DNA of 59,563 bases from Vitrella brassicaformis CCMP3155. Taxonomy: Eukaryota > Protista > Chromerida. How positions within the stretch are numbered: position 1 is the first letter of the stretch; the number at the start of each line of letters is the position of its first letter. Shown piece by piece: positions 1 through 11,226 of the stretch. Below the pieces are notes generated by a model. The model had not been told where the DNA came from and ran no database searches. It worked only from the letters and a program-made list of their open reading frames with translations. The stretch is taken from NCBI GenBank assembly GCA_001179505.1, contig CDMY01000521.1, positions 1 to 59,563 of the forward strand. The letters run 5' to 3'. The translations under genes and the position numbers were made by a program.

Positions 1-273
1 GCCCCCCTGTGAGTAGGCGTGTGGGGATAGTGTGTGTTGATTGGCCTGGTTGCCTGTCAGTCTGGTTGGTAGTCTGTCTATCTGTCTGTCAGTCCGCATG
101 TCTGTCCACTGCATTCGCGTGTGCTGCTCATGAGCATTGTTTGTCCATTTGAGTGTCTGTAGCTCGTTATCATTGCATTGCGATCGACTGCTCATGTTTG
201 TCCGTGCCGTGGACCAACGCGTGTGTGGCCCCCGGCGCATCGTTACGCATCAATCAATCTTCTTTGCTCAAAG

Positions 274-1979
274 GAGGCACTCGGGACGGTCACTCGCGAC
301 AGATCCCGCCCTCAAGTAACGCACCCCGCCCCGTCGACCCTCTCTACACACCCGCCAGGCTGTCCGTCGTGAGCCTCAGGCAAACACTAAAGGCCAAGAC
401 GACAAGAAGACCCCCACATCCGGATGGTGGCACCTTCAACCGGTTTCCGGTTCCCTTTGACGAGCTGCGCGGCTGGATGGTGCGGAAGGATCCTATCGCG
501 CCCAACGACCCCGTGGAGCGCGAGAAGTGCATCGTGTGCGGCAAGCTGCCGCCGGCTGGAAAGAAGCACTTCATGGTTTGCGACCGCTGTGTGCGGGAGC
601 TCAGTCCGCACTACTGCAGCGAGGCGTGTCTGCGGCAGCATTTCAACAAGAAGAAGCACACGCGCGCCTTCTGCGAGAGGACTCGACAGATCTACGACTC
701 CATCCCTTTGCGCGGCAACTCGGCGGCATGCAAATATGTGCTGCAGTGGATGGATGAAGACACCTTCATGAAGCACCAGCGGTGAAAGCAGAAGGCGATT
801 CTGGCGGAGATCGACAGCCACGGGGAGCCGATCATTAGTATTGGTCTGAGTATTGACAGCTTCGCCACAGGCCGCACCTACTGCACCGTCTCTCTATCGA
901 GCCTGTCCAAGCCCGGACATGAAAATCGTGCCCCTGTGTCAGACACTGGAGCAATCGTCTACCCTTACCTCGGGCAGGTGACCTACTCGTCATTTGTTGT
1001 AGCCCCAGTGACTGACGGCGGCCTTCAGCCCATCCACCTGCTGAGCGACGAGATGCTCGAAATGATGGACATCCGGAGTGTGGACGTGGTGCACAAGACC
1101 ATCTACGACCTGCTCAGCCGTCAGCCTCCTCTCTTCCCCGCCTATCGCTGATAGCCACGACAGCGCCTTCTGGCGCAAGGAGACGTGCTCATTCTCGGTC
1201 GACGCGAGGTCTTCCACTATTATTTCCTCCCCAGCTACACACTTGAAAGCTGAAAGGGCAGAAGACCTGCAGATGGCCGCCTGACTCAATCGTTCTTGAG
1301 TGGCTTGTTGCGTTTTTGCGCCAGGTTCTGACCGAATCGTTGACGTATGCTGCTGACGAGCTGTTTGGATCAGCGGGGAAGGACAGGCTGAAGCATCTAG
1401 TCGCCAACACAACGCAGCCCACTATGACGAAAGTCATGACCGTCAAGGAGTTCCTCAGCCGTGAGGAGTGGCGCACCGCCATCATGCAGGAGCTCTCCGA
1501 GAGAGAAGGTCTGCAGACATTGGTGAAGCAGCTGTGCGGCGAGCGAGCAAAAGAGGTCAGACTAGTGAAAGGAAGATAGACGATCACCTATGGCATTCCA
1601 TTCGTGTTTGTGTCCCTATGTGTGTGCGCAGAAAGGCGTGTCAATCACCGCTGTCAAAACAGAGTACATCGAGACTACGCTCCGCTATACCGACGCTTGC
1701 CGCAAACACCTGGTGGACTACGCGAAAGACTTCAAGGATCTGGCAACTATGGGCAGCTCACTGGCCGAGTATGCCGACATCACTCCGTTTCACATGAGGC
1801 GCATCGAAGAAGAGCTGGCGGAAGTGCGCTTTCCCCCTGCCATCCGGCTAAGGATGGCCAGGCAGCCGCCGCATGACGAGTCGGTACGCGAGAGTATTGA
1901 GGGGCCGCCGGTGACGCTGTGCGATGGCAACCAAGTGTCCGTGACGGATTTGGCGCTGAGTGTGCAGGGGCTAATTTGA
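274..1979 (+). CDS. MYND-type zinc finger protein; exon structure only partly resolved, 5' end probably upstream of the window, possibly decayed
   Basis: ORF 153-785 contains CIVC-x11-C-x2-C-x7-YCSEACLRQHF-x4-H-x4-C, a zf-MYND pattern. Coding-like sequence continues in frame past TGA 783-785 into ORF 936-1151. A GT-AG intron at 1556-1631 joins ORF 1316-1579 to ORF 1590-1979 in frame (ERAKE|KGVSIT). Confidence 0.6.
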
Positions 1980-2299
1980 TCCACCGATTCGGTGTTCTCT
2001 GTTGACCAAAGTTTGGTATTTTCCTGCATTGTGTGTTCGTGTGAGATTGTTGACTGGTTGACAGATGTAAGCCGTTTCATATCCCATGTGTTTATCAAGA
2101 TTGAAGACAAGACGTGAGATGCACCGTATCGATAATTGGTGCCTTCAAGTATGAAACGAGAGTCTTCATGTACACATACGAAGCACATCGAAATCCGAAC
2201 AGCTTCCATGACATGTGGCACAACGCACCACCGAGACCAGCACTTAGCCCCGCCACATCCTTCCTGACTCCCCTCCTCCCTCCCTTCCTCTCCTCCGGG

Positions 2300-3994
2300 T
2301 CAGTCAATGAATAGCGACACAAACAGCCCGGTCTGCCTGTCGATGTGCCCCAGCTGGCCCCTCGAATTGGCAGTCCTGATCGCCCAGGTGCTCGTTGAAG
2401 CCCTTGACCACCCCCGCCACACCATGGCCGACCTCGTTCAGCCGGGCCCGGTGAACCACCTCACGGACACCCGTCAGCAGGCGATTCTGCCCACCCTGCT
2501 GACCCCTCACGGCGAAGCACTGCAACGGCGGCACGGTCACCTTGACGCGCTTGTCGCCCTGCTGCTCGTATCGCGTCCCGCCCACCACCTCCCTGTTGCT
2601 GCTCGTCTGTGTGGCCGCCGACTTGACAAAGTGGCCGACGGCCGCACGCACCCGGCGCCTCAGCGGCGACTCACCGATGAGGTACTGGTCGATGGCGGCC
2701 ACAGCAGCGAGGGGCTCGTGCAGGAAGGCGCCGATCTTCCATGCGATGGCCTCTGCCTCGTGTGGGCCGAATGCCATGTTGGATGGGGAGGGGTGGGGGT
2801 GGGCGCCGTCGTGGTGGAGGGTGAGGGGCAGCAGACGGGCGAGAAGCATCGAGTGGTCGCGCTGGGGGGCGAGGGCGCTGTTGATGGCCGACATGACGGC
2901 CTTGGACAGCTCACTCAGCACTGTCGCATACTCGGTCAGCGCCAACTGACGCTCACGGCGCTCCTCCTCGGTGGCGGTGGGCATGCGGGCGATGGATGGG
3001 GCCGCCCCGCTCCGAAGCAGCACACCGATGGTGGTCTTGTAGTTGCGGATCGATCTCAAGTCTCCCTCGCGCCCATCTTGCTGCAGCCGCTGCTGCTGCC
3101 TGAGCGTAAAGACAGCCTCTGCGAGTGGTGTCAGGTTAGGCTGGTTCAGCAGTCCCCTGCTGATGTCGTCAGCCGTGAGCCGGCGACACAGCCACTCAGC
3201 CACAAAGGGAGAGCCGTATGCGGCCGCCCGGTGCAGTGGCGTTTTGCCGATGGCATCTGTTGCCGTCATGTCAGCACCGTGGCTGGTGATGAGGGTGAGG
3301 TACTCGTCAATGAAGAGCTGGGAGAACGCAGCAAAGTGCTCATGCACCAGATTCCTTCCACCAGCGTCTCGTTCAGCTGCGAGTGTGCTGTCGCGTTGGA
3401 TGAGCCCACGGTAGACCGACATGAGGGCCGCCTCGTACTCACGGCTGACAGGGCGGGCAGCGAAAGGGAACCGTGGAAGCCGCATCAGTCCAAATCCCCG
3501 CACGTAGGTCTGACGCGCCAGGAGGGCCTCCACAGCCGTCAGATTGCCTGTCACAATGGCCACCCGGATGGGCCTCAGCACCCCGCCCGCATTGACGTCC
3601 GCCCCGCCGTCGACGAGTGCATTGATGATGTCACACTGCAGCTGACGAGAGGACCACTGTGACAGGACGACGGGCGCCTCGGAGTAACAACCGCTGCTCG
3701 CGTAGAGGGATGGGTAGTTTGTTGGGCTGTCGATGGAGGAAGACAGGCAGCTGTATCGACGGCGAGCGGTGCCTGCGGTGCCACGGACGTGGAGGCCGCC
3801 GATGGCTCTCGGGTCGGCTCCTTGCCCTATCAGCTGTGTGACTTGGGCGGCCTTGCGCCGAAGGCAGCCCTCCAACAGCTGGGAGCCCTACCAGTGACGC
3901 TCCTACCAGGGACGATGTCGACGTCATCCAGCCCTTTGCAGCCGGGCGGCACAGCAGGAGGTGCTTGCGATGAGGCAGACGACGGCTGGGCCAT
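2300..3994 (-). pseudogene. Intronless ankyrin-repeat gene, probably frameshifted
   Basis: ORF 2304-3875 has ankyrin-like units (ALVDGGADVNAG, GADMTATDAIGKTPLHRAAAYG, TPLAEAV). The likely ATG at 3994 (MAQPSSASSQAPPAVPPG) is out of frame with the main ORF, implying a shift near 3890. The C-terminus reads more plausibly in another frame (QLGHIDRQTGLFVSLFID, stop 2300-2302), implying a shift near 2360. Confidence 0.7.
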
Positions 3995-4448
3995 CACGCA
4001 GAGTCACACACACCTGCATACAAACCCACACATTCGCATGCCCTTCCAATTTCTTTGGCCAAAGGTTGGCGCACCTGTGCCCTGGTCGGTCGGTCAGTCG
4101 ACGGCGGCCGCTCACTCAGACAGATAGCAATGCCATCAGTGGACCCTGCATGCATCACAGAACAGCACGTGCTCTGTCCATCGGTCGGATCTGCGCGTGT
4201 GCCTCACCTCAGCCATGCGGGGTATGCAAGTGATCTCATTCAAGTGGATGCCCTCGTGGCTCGTTCGAAAGGGGTGGTGGCGGTTAACCCTCGGCGCACG
4301 AACGCGAGCTTTTGAGCTCGTGTCAATGCGAGCTTCAAAGGGAGCAAGAGGAGGAACCTCCCTTTATCTTGGAAGGAGCTGGCGCTGTAGCTGGGTGGCA
4401 CTTCTGACGAAAACGAGCAAAAACCATTCACCGCCCTGCATGCACACG

Positions 4449-6396
4449 ATGGCGGTGAGTCACATACACGACACTGACTGTGGACAGAGGACTCATCGTT
4501 TTCGTCGGCTGATGCGCTCCTTTGCTTGTTTGGCTGTCAGGCTTGGCGTCTGTCTGGCGGATTCCTCTACCTGCTTTCGCTTTGTTGTGTCGTGGGTGTG
4601 ACCTCTGCATTCGTCGGCCCACGTGCACAGCCTACTCCTGCACGAGAACGCCTTCTCAGACGCCACATTGTCAACGCGAGGCCAAGAGACCAGTCAGATG
4701 ATCGGCCCTCGACAGCCCCTTTGACCGAAGGCACTACTGGCAACAAGGCTGTGGTTGCGCCCGAGGCCATTGCGAATGCCACTGCGACTGCCCCCCACGG
4801 CTACAGCGCTGTGCTGGCGTCGGTGTCCATCGCGGCAGCGTTCGGCGCCCTGTTCGACCTGTCGTCGAATCTCGTGGGCATTCCCATCTTCGCGAGCCTC
4901 GTCTTCTTCCACGAACTGGGTCACTTCATCGCTGCCAAGAGCTGTGGAGTCGCCGTCGAGGAGTTTGCTGTTGGCTTCGGCCCGAAGCTGGCGAGCTGTA
5001 TTGCCGCCTCAAGAGATGACCCCTACCGCCCTGATGGAGTGCGGTGGGTGGAGATCCCTTCTTGGGCGAAGCCGCTGATAAATCGCATCCGCAATCCCAC
5101 GCTGCAAGGCACCGAGTTCACGCTGAGGCTTTTGCCGATTGGAGGCTTTGTGAGGATGCGACGGGGCTGGGGCCAGACGGCTGACGGGGAGTGGGTGTAT
5201 GACAACGACCCGTCGCTAATCGACAACAAGCCTGCACTGCAGAGGGCCACGGTCATTATGGGCGGTGTGGTGGCCAACATCGTGGTGGCTTGGGCTTGCC
5301 TGGTCGGTGGGGTGGCTCTGGGGGGCGTCACGTCCATTTCGCCGGAACCTGGCGCACAGGTACAGACACATACACCTGACTTTGCAGGGATGGGATCCAT
5401 GGATCTGTCTTTCGTGCTTGTCTGCCCGTCAGGTCGTCAACGTGCGGTGTGCTGGCGACCTTGCCCCCCCCTCGAGCGCTGTTGACGGCCATCGCTGTCC
5501 TGCGGCAGAAGCAGGCCTCAGCCCCGGCGACGTGCTACTGCAAGTGGGTGACTACAAGGTGCCCTCGGCCACGAAGAGCATGTTCGATGGCAAGGACATC
5601 ATCACCAAGCACGTCATCCCTGAGATTGAGAAATCCCCCGACCGTCCTCTGAGCCTGCTGGTCTACCGACCTCCCACCGAAGGCCAAGAGAGGCCACCAG
5701 CCGTCGGCCCGTCTGAGGGCGGGCCTTCGTTCCCTGTTTTGGGGAGGCCTGGTGGCTCGTCCATGTCCAGCAGGGATATTTTCGAGGTCACAGTTCGGCC
5801 TGAGGCCATGACGCGGACTGTCGACAACCGAGAGGAGCGATATGGGTCCATCGGTGTCGATCTGATGCCGAATGTGGTGTTCAGCTACCGCCGGCCGCAG
5901 TCGGCAGTGGAGGTGCTGCAGGAGGGATCGAAGGAATTCGCCTTCGCGCTCACCAGCAGCGTCGGGCTGCGTGGGGAGGGTTACTGGCTCGCCTCAAGGG
6001 CGGCAACCTTCGACCCCAAGCAGGCAGACATTCCTCTGGTGATGGGCCCGGTCGGAATGGCCAAGCAGGCCGCCGCAGTAGCCCGGTCGGACTCCGCCCG
6101 GCTGCTGGCATACGCGGCGGAGCTGTCCATCAACCTGGCGCTATTCAACAGTACGTGTGGGGTGGGATGGGGGCCGAATACACGCACCCACCTGTGTGTT
6201 TGCGGTTGTATGCAATGCAGTGCTGCCCATCGGTCCTCTGGACGGGGGAAAACTGTCGCAGCTGATTTCGATGCAGTTGCTGCGCGTCTCGGAGAGCGAT
6301 ATGGACCCGGAGAAGACGCAGAGGTGGGCATTGGTCGGCGGGGCCGGGATGCTGCTTTTGTCGGTGGTGGTGCTGGCATGCGACATACTCATGTGA
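4449..6396 (+). CDS. rseP: Peptidase M50 / RseP (ARASP-like) intramembrane zinc metalloprotease with a PDZ-like region and a predicted plastid leader
   Basis: Motifs HELGH, FAVGFGPKL, LRLLPIGGFVRM, GPVG and FNMLPIGPLDGGK. Exons 4449-4454, 4541-5359, 5433-6150 and 6221-6396 splice in frame through GT-AG introns. N-terminus is FLYLLSLCCVVGVTSA-FVGP. Confidence 0.9.
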
Positions 6397-6936
6397 CTTG
6401 TGACTTACTTTGACCTGGCTTCAAGGAGAGGGAGAGAGGGAGGGAAGGACCAATAGGTTGGAGGAGGTGCGGGCGGGCGGCTTTTTGAGCGACGATGAAC
6501 GCGAAGTATTTGATTGCGGGGGGAGGGGAGCTGTCGAGTGAGTGAGTGAGTGAGTGGGTGAGTGGGTGCCGGCGGTTTAGTGTGTATGTAATGTGAATGT
6601 GTGTTGTCTGCCGACATGTAGGGATACCAGAAAGAAAGCTCAATGCCGGCCGTGGCAGGGCGTGGCGTGTAGGGTGGAATTTGGTACGTACAGGTGGGGG
6701 TGGGGTGGTGGTGGGTGTGCAGGTGGGCATTAGATGCTTTATGGATGGATGGATGGATGGGTGACGCAGGTGGGGTGAGTGTGGTCTGGGAAAGACTGGC
6801 TGCCATTTGATGGCTCTTTTGAGTCAGTCGAGTCAAACCATTTGCGACTTACATGACTGACAGCACTGAATACCATCGATCTCTACACTGTACAATCGGC
6901 TGAAGTGGAAAACCAGTCACCCCACGCAAATATCCC

Positions 6937-8736
6937 TCACCCCACGTCATCTCTGTCTTGCTCATCGTCACCCTCCTCTCCCTCACTCTCGACGAACACC
7001 AGGCCGCACCCGTCAGCACCCTCGTCGCCATCAAACTGCCGCCTCGCAGACCTGCATGAAGCACGAAGCATACATAGGCAGCAAAGTAAGCGGCTGGATG
7101 GCGGACAGCCGGCCGGCCACTCTCTGTGTGTGTATACCGTTGGTCCCTCAGGCGCATTCGTTCTGCCAACTCTGACCACCACACAGCCACACAGACACAA
7201 ACACGTTGGTTTGTTGGCGACCATGGTCATCGCGACAGCATCTATGTGTCTGTGTGTGACTGACCTTGGTCAGTGGGCCTTTCATACTGCTCCAGCTTCG
7301 ACCGAACGGGGGCCTGCAGACGCAAAGCAGTACACCACACGCATCTTCAGGCTGTCTTTCTTCTCTCACGCTTACCACATCAAATTTGTGTCCTGTGCGG
7401 CTGCCTTCTCGGAATCCCGCCCAGACTGCACACACACGGACAGATGAGCGGCCAACGACCTGGTAATGGATAGACGACTGCATGAGTCGGTCCTACTCGC
7501 AAAGTGGTGCAGGACGATCGATCCCGCCACCGTGACGTTGAGCGACGCTGTGCCGCCACTGCAGACAGACAAACGACGCATGAGCATGCAGGCCAGCCAC
7601 CTTCTCGCCTTCCCCAAATATATGGTGTGTGTGTGCGCCGCGTACCCGTATTGCGGTGTGTAGACGAATCGGTCACACATCTGCAGCTGCTTGGCCGTCA
7701 TGCCAGTCCCCTCGTTGCCCAACATGATGCACGACGACCTCTCAAAGGCCTGCACGCCCCCCCCCCCCCNNNNNNNNNNNNNNNNNNNNNNNNNNNNNNN
7801 NNNNNNNNNNNNNNNNNNNNNNNNNNNNNNNNNNNNNNNNNNNNNNNNNNNNNNNNNNNNNNNNNNNNNNNNNNNNNNNNNNNNNNNNNNNNNNNNNNNN
7901 NNNNNNNNNNNNNNNNNNNNNNNNNNNNNNNNNNNNNNNNNNNNNNNNNNNNNNNNNNNNNNNNNNNNNNNNNNNNNNNNNNNNNNNNNNNNNNNNNNNN
8001 NNNNNNNNNNNNNNNNNNNNNNNNNNNNNNNNNNNNNNNNNNNNNNNNNNNNNNNNNNNNNNNNNNNNNCCCCCCCCCACACACACACATTGATGTGTGC
8101 ATTCCACTGCCAGCCTCACTCACTCACTCACTCACTCACTCACTCACCTGAGGGTGGTGAACAGGTATGGCCTCATCGACGATCTCCACGCCAATGAGCG
8201 TGATGTCACGCGCGTGCAGCCACTCGACCGCAGCCTCAAGGGTGTTGAAGTAGCGGAACTGCAAGTGAGGGAGGGTGCCCTGCAGTGCAGCCAGTGCATG
8301 GGCGGGTCAAAACACGGTCGCCATAGGTGTCGTGTATCGAATGCCTGTGTACTCATCGCTCGATTCACCTGGTTGCCGAAAGTCTTGAGTTTCCTTTCGC
8401 CCACCACCAGCACCTCCGACACACCAAATGCTGACGCACTCCTGCACACGCAGGGACAGACAGATACACCATGTGCAGCAGCACCTTCCCTGACGACTGT
8501 TGTCACCTCAGCAGCGAGCCCCAGTTCGAGCGCTTGCCAATCTGACAACCACACACACAAAAAGGGATGCGACCGTTGTGTTATGGATGCTTGCTTGATT
8601 GAGCCTCGTTTGGCCGTATCACATACCTACCTACATTGTGGAGCAGCAAGAAGGACTGATGCTGCGGCTGCGAGTCCTCGTCTGACGTAGGTGAGGGCTG
8701 ATCTGCCTTCCTGACATCCGGGCTCTCAGATGCCAT
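6937..8736 (-). CDS. SpoU/TrmH-family (SPOUT) RNA methyltransferase; multi-exon, one intron spans an assembly gap
   Basis: Spliced motifs LLLHN|IGKRSNWGSLLR|SASAFGVSEVLVVG, IMLGNEGTGM, CDRFVYTPQYG and SLNVTVAGSIVLHHF match the SPOUT knot motifs. Confidence 0.85.
7770..8069. other. Assembly gap (300 N)
   Basis: Run of N flanked by poly-C on both sides. Confidence 0.99.
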
Positions 8737-8859
8737 CACTAACGCATCAGCAGCATCGCTGGAGCCCTCTCCATTCATCAAATCTCTTCCTCTACCGTCG
8801 GATCGAACGCCTGGCGCGCACTGCAGATCTCTCTCGAGCCGCTCGGTCCCTGCCCCGCC

Positions 8860-10536
8860 ATGCGTCCGTCTGTCGCCCTTGCCAAGCGGCTTGAGATCAC
8901 AGCCATGGCTGCCTGCGCTCGAGCAGATCACTGCAGTGCCTTCACATCTCTCGCCTTTCCGTGCACCACGCACCGAAGCCGCATCGGCAACGCGGAAGAA
9001 GCGTAAGCACAGCACAGTGCACACACACACGCAGGCAGGCAGACACAAGCGTTGCTCTTTCTCTTCTGATTCATTCATCTCGTTGTTGTGTGTCGGTGTG
9101 TGCGTATGTCAGGGCACGAACAGACAGGCGTGGAAGGGCCTCATGCTATCACGGCCAGCTGCGGCCGCTGCACACGACCGCGCCCCTGCACCAGCTGCCG
9201 CCAAAGCGAGAGGACGACAAGGTCCACAAGATTACCTTCCAAGAATGGAAGAGCAAATACGTCGATGGCTTCGACCAGAAGCACCTCATGAGCGAGCGCT
9301 GGTGGAAGGACCTCTGGTGGGACGGCAAACAGGTCGTGTCTGACAAGGCGGGCCGCCCCATGGCGCGGGTCAACAGGGTCCTGGAGAGGCTTATCGAGCG
9401 GAAGGAGGGCTTTCTCAATGCGGCTGAGGCCAAGTGGGATGAGTGGAGGGAGGCCCACCGGAAGGCGCGGGAGGCCTCCAAGTACGGCACTCCCGGCAGC
9501 CACAGTTGGAACAGTCACCAGTCCGCCAAGGCGGCGGAAGAAGCCTTCTCGTCCGCCGACACCGATGGCAGGAAGGCCTCTGAGGATGAAGGCAAGGGCA
9601 AGGAGAAGGACAGCAGCTCCTCCCCGCCACCACCCAACTCATCTAGTGCCAGCGACGCGGCGACCGGCATGCAGCGGCACGACCGTTTCGACTGGGTCAT
9701 CCCCACTCTCCTCCTCTGCGGCATCGGCATTTCCGCCGCCGGCCAGCCCGTCGTCGGCCTCGCTCTCATCGGCTGGTCCATCGTGCGCCGCGTCAACAAC
9801 CAGCTGCAGTCGCCAGACGGCCGTGAGCGGCTGCCGTCATGGGTCAAGCGGGCGGCCATCTACTGGGAGGAGGAGAAAAGGGGCATGAGGCGCGTGCAGG
9901 ACACATTTCGGACGCGGTCGTTCGGGCCTGGGATGCAGAGGGGGAGGAGGGGGATGGGCATGGGCGATATTGGGCGGACGGCTCTGACGCCGATATCGTG
10001 CTTCAACTTTTGTCTGGACAAGATGCGGGAGAACCCGACTGTGCAGGAGAGGGTGGGGAGGGACCTGCTAGGAAAGTTTCCGCCGGAACAGTGCGAGTCG
10101 GCAGTCGAGGGCGGGCAGACCGTGCTGAGGATGAAGTTCCTGAGGTCAGTCTGTCACACAAACACACACACACACACACACGCACAGACAGACAGAGAGA
10201 GAGAGAGAGGCGGACCGTGTGTAAGTCTTTTTTGTGTGGATGGTGGAATGGTGTGCACGTAGCAAGGGCGAGGTCGACGAGGCATCAGTGCTGGTCATGA
10301 GTGTGGGCGGGCGCGTGGAGGCCATCCACGTGTGCCCCACCAAGAGCCGCCACTTCAGCATGCGCGTGTGGGCCTCCCAGTACAGCGACATCCTCCACGT
10401 GGAGTGGTTCAACGACATGCAGGCCTGGTCGCAGAGGCAGGAAGCTCTACGCAAGCATTGGGAGGACAGTGGCGGCAGCGGTCCTAGTGGCAACGGCGAT
10501 GGCGGGGGCGGTGAGGGGGGCAGGAGAGATACATGA
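8860..10536 (+). CDS. Hypothetical membrane protein with a probable mitochondrial presequence and a weak Tim21/Coa1-like C-terminal domain
   Basis: The ATG 8860 exon splices in frame into ORF 8961-10262 (intron about 9003-9110), and a last exon ends at 10536. It has LRPLHTTAPL, a hydrophobic segment WVIPTLLLCGIGISAAGQPVVGLALIGW, then CFNFCLDKMRENPTVQERVG...LRMKFL. Confidence 0.6.
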
Positions 10537-11226
10537 CTCCTCCAGATGAGCAGAGAGTGAGAGAGAGAGATAAGTGTGCTGTGAGGACAGAGGGAGTGGT
10601 CAATGAGACGTGGGCGTGATCTGTGTCGGATGTTGGATTTCCTGTGTATCTCAATCAACGTATGTTTGTGGATTCCCTGACGAGGCCTTTCAAAAAAAAA
10701 AAATTTTGTGTTGGTGCATCCAATCGTTGAGCTCATTCAGATGGCGCACTGATCGTTCGAGAGTCAGACAGCCAGGCATCAGAGAGAGTCCCCGAGAGTC
10801 CCCTCGCTGACTTGTCCCCCTCCCCTCCCCCCCCTCACGCACACACAATGACACAGCCACAGACGGGAGAGACGGCAAGGCAGCGAGGAGGCCCAATCGT
10901 CCCAATGTGCACATACCACACCACGGCCTCGATCACAGAGTAGGATGATGATGTCCATCTTACGTCTCTACCCCTCCCTCCCTCCCTCCCTCCCTCCCCT
11001 CTCTCAATGAGTGTCCCTAGTGTGTATGCCATGGGCGGAGTGGATGGATGTCAGGGACAGAATGCATACGAAGATAAGATGGGACAGACAAACGGACGGG
11101 CAGCTGCCTCCTGTCTGTCTGTCTGTCTGTCTGTCAATTATGTCATCCGATTTGCCTTAGCCTTACTGTAGGTAGCTCTTAGCCTGGCTCTTAGCCTTAC
11201 TCGTTACGTCACTCAGTAGTGTGTTG

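Noticed and set aside
783-785. TGA as selenocysteine or reassigned Trp (alternative genetic code)
   Set aside because: TGA is the apparent terminator of well-conserved genes here (6394-6396, 46791-46793, 51772-51774). A frame-preserving intron or a nonsense mutation is simpler, and I identified no SECIS.
2307-3662. 451-aa plus-strand ORF
   Set aside because: It is an antisense shadow of the GC-rich ankyrin ORF with no recognisable motif.
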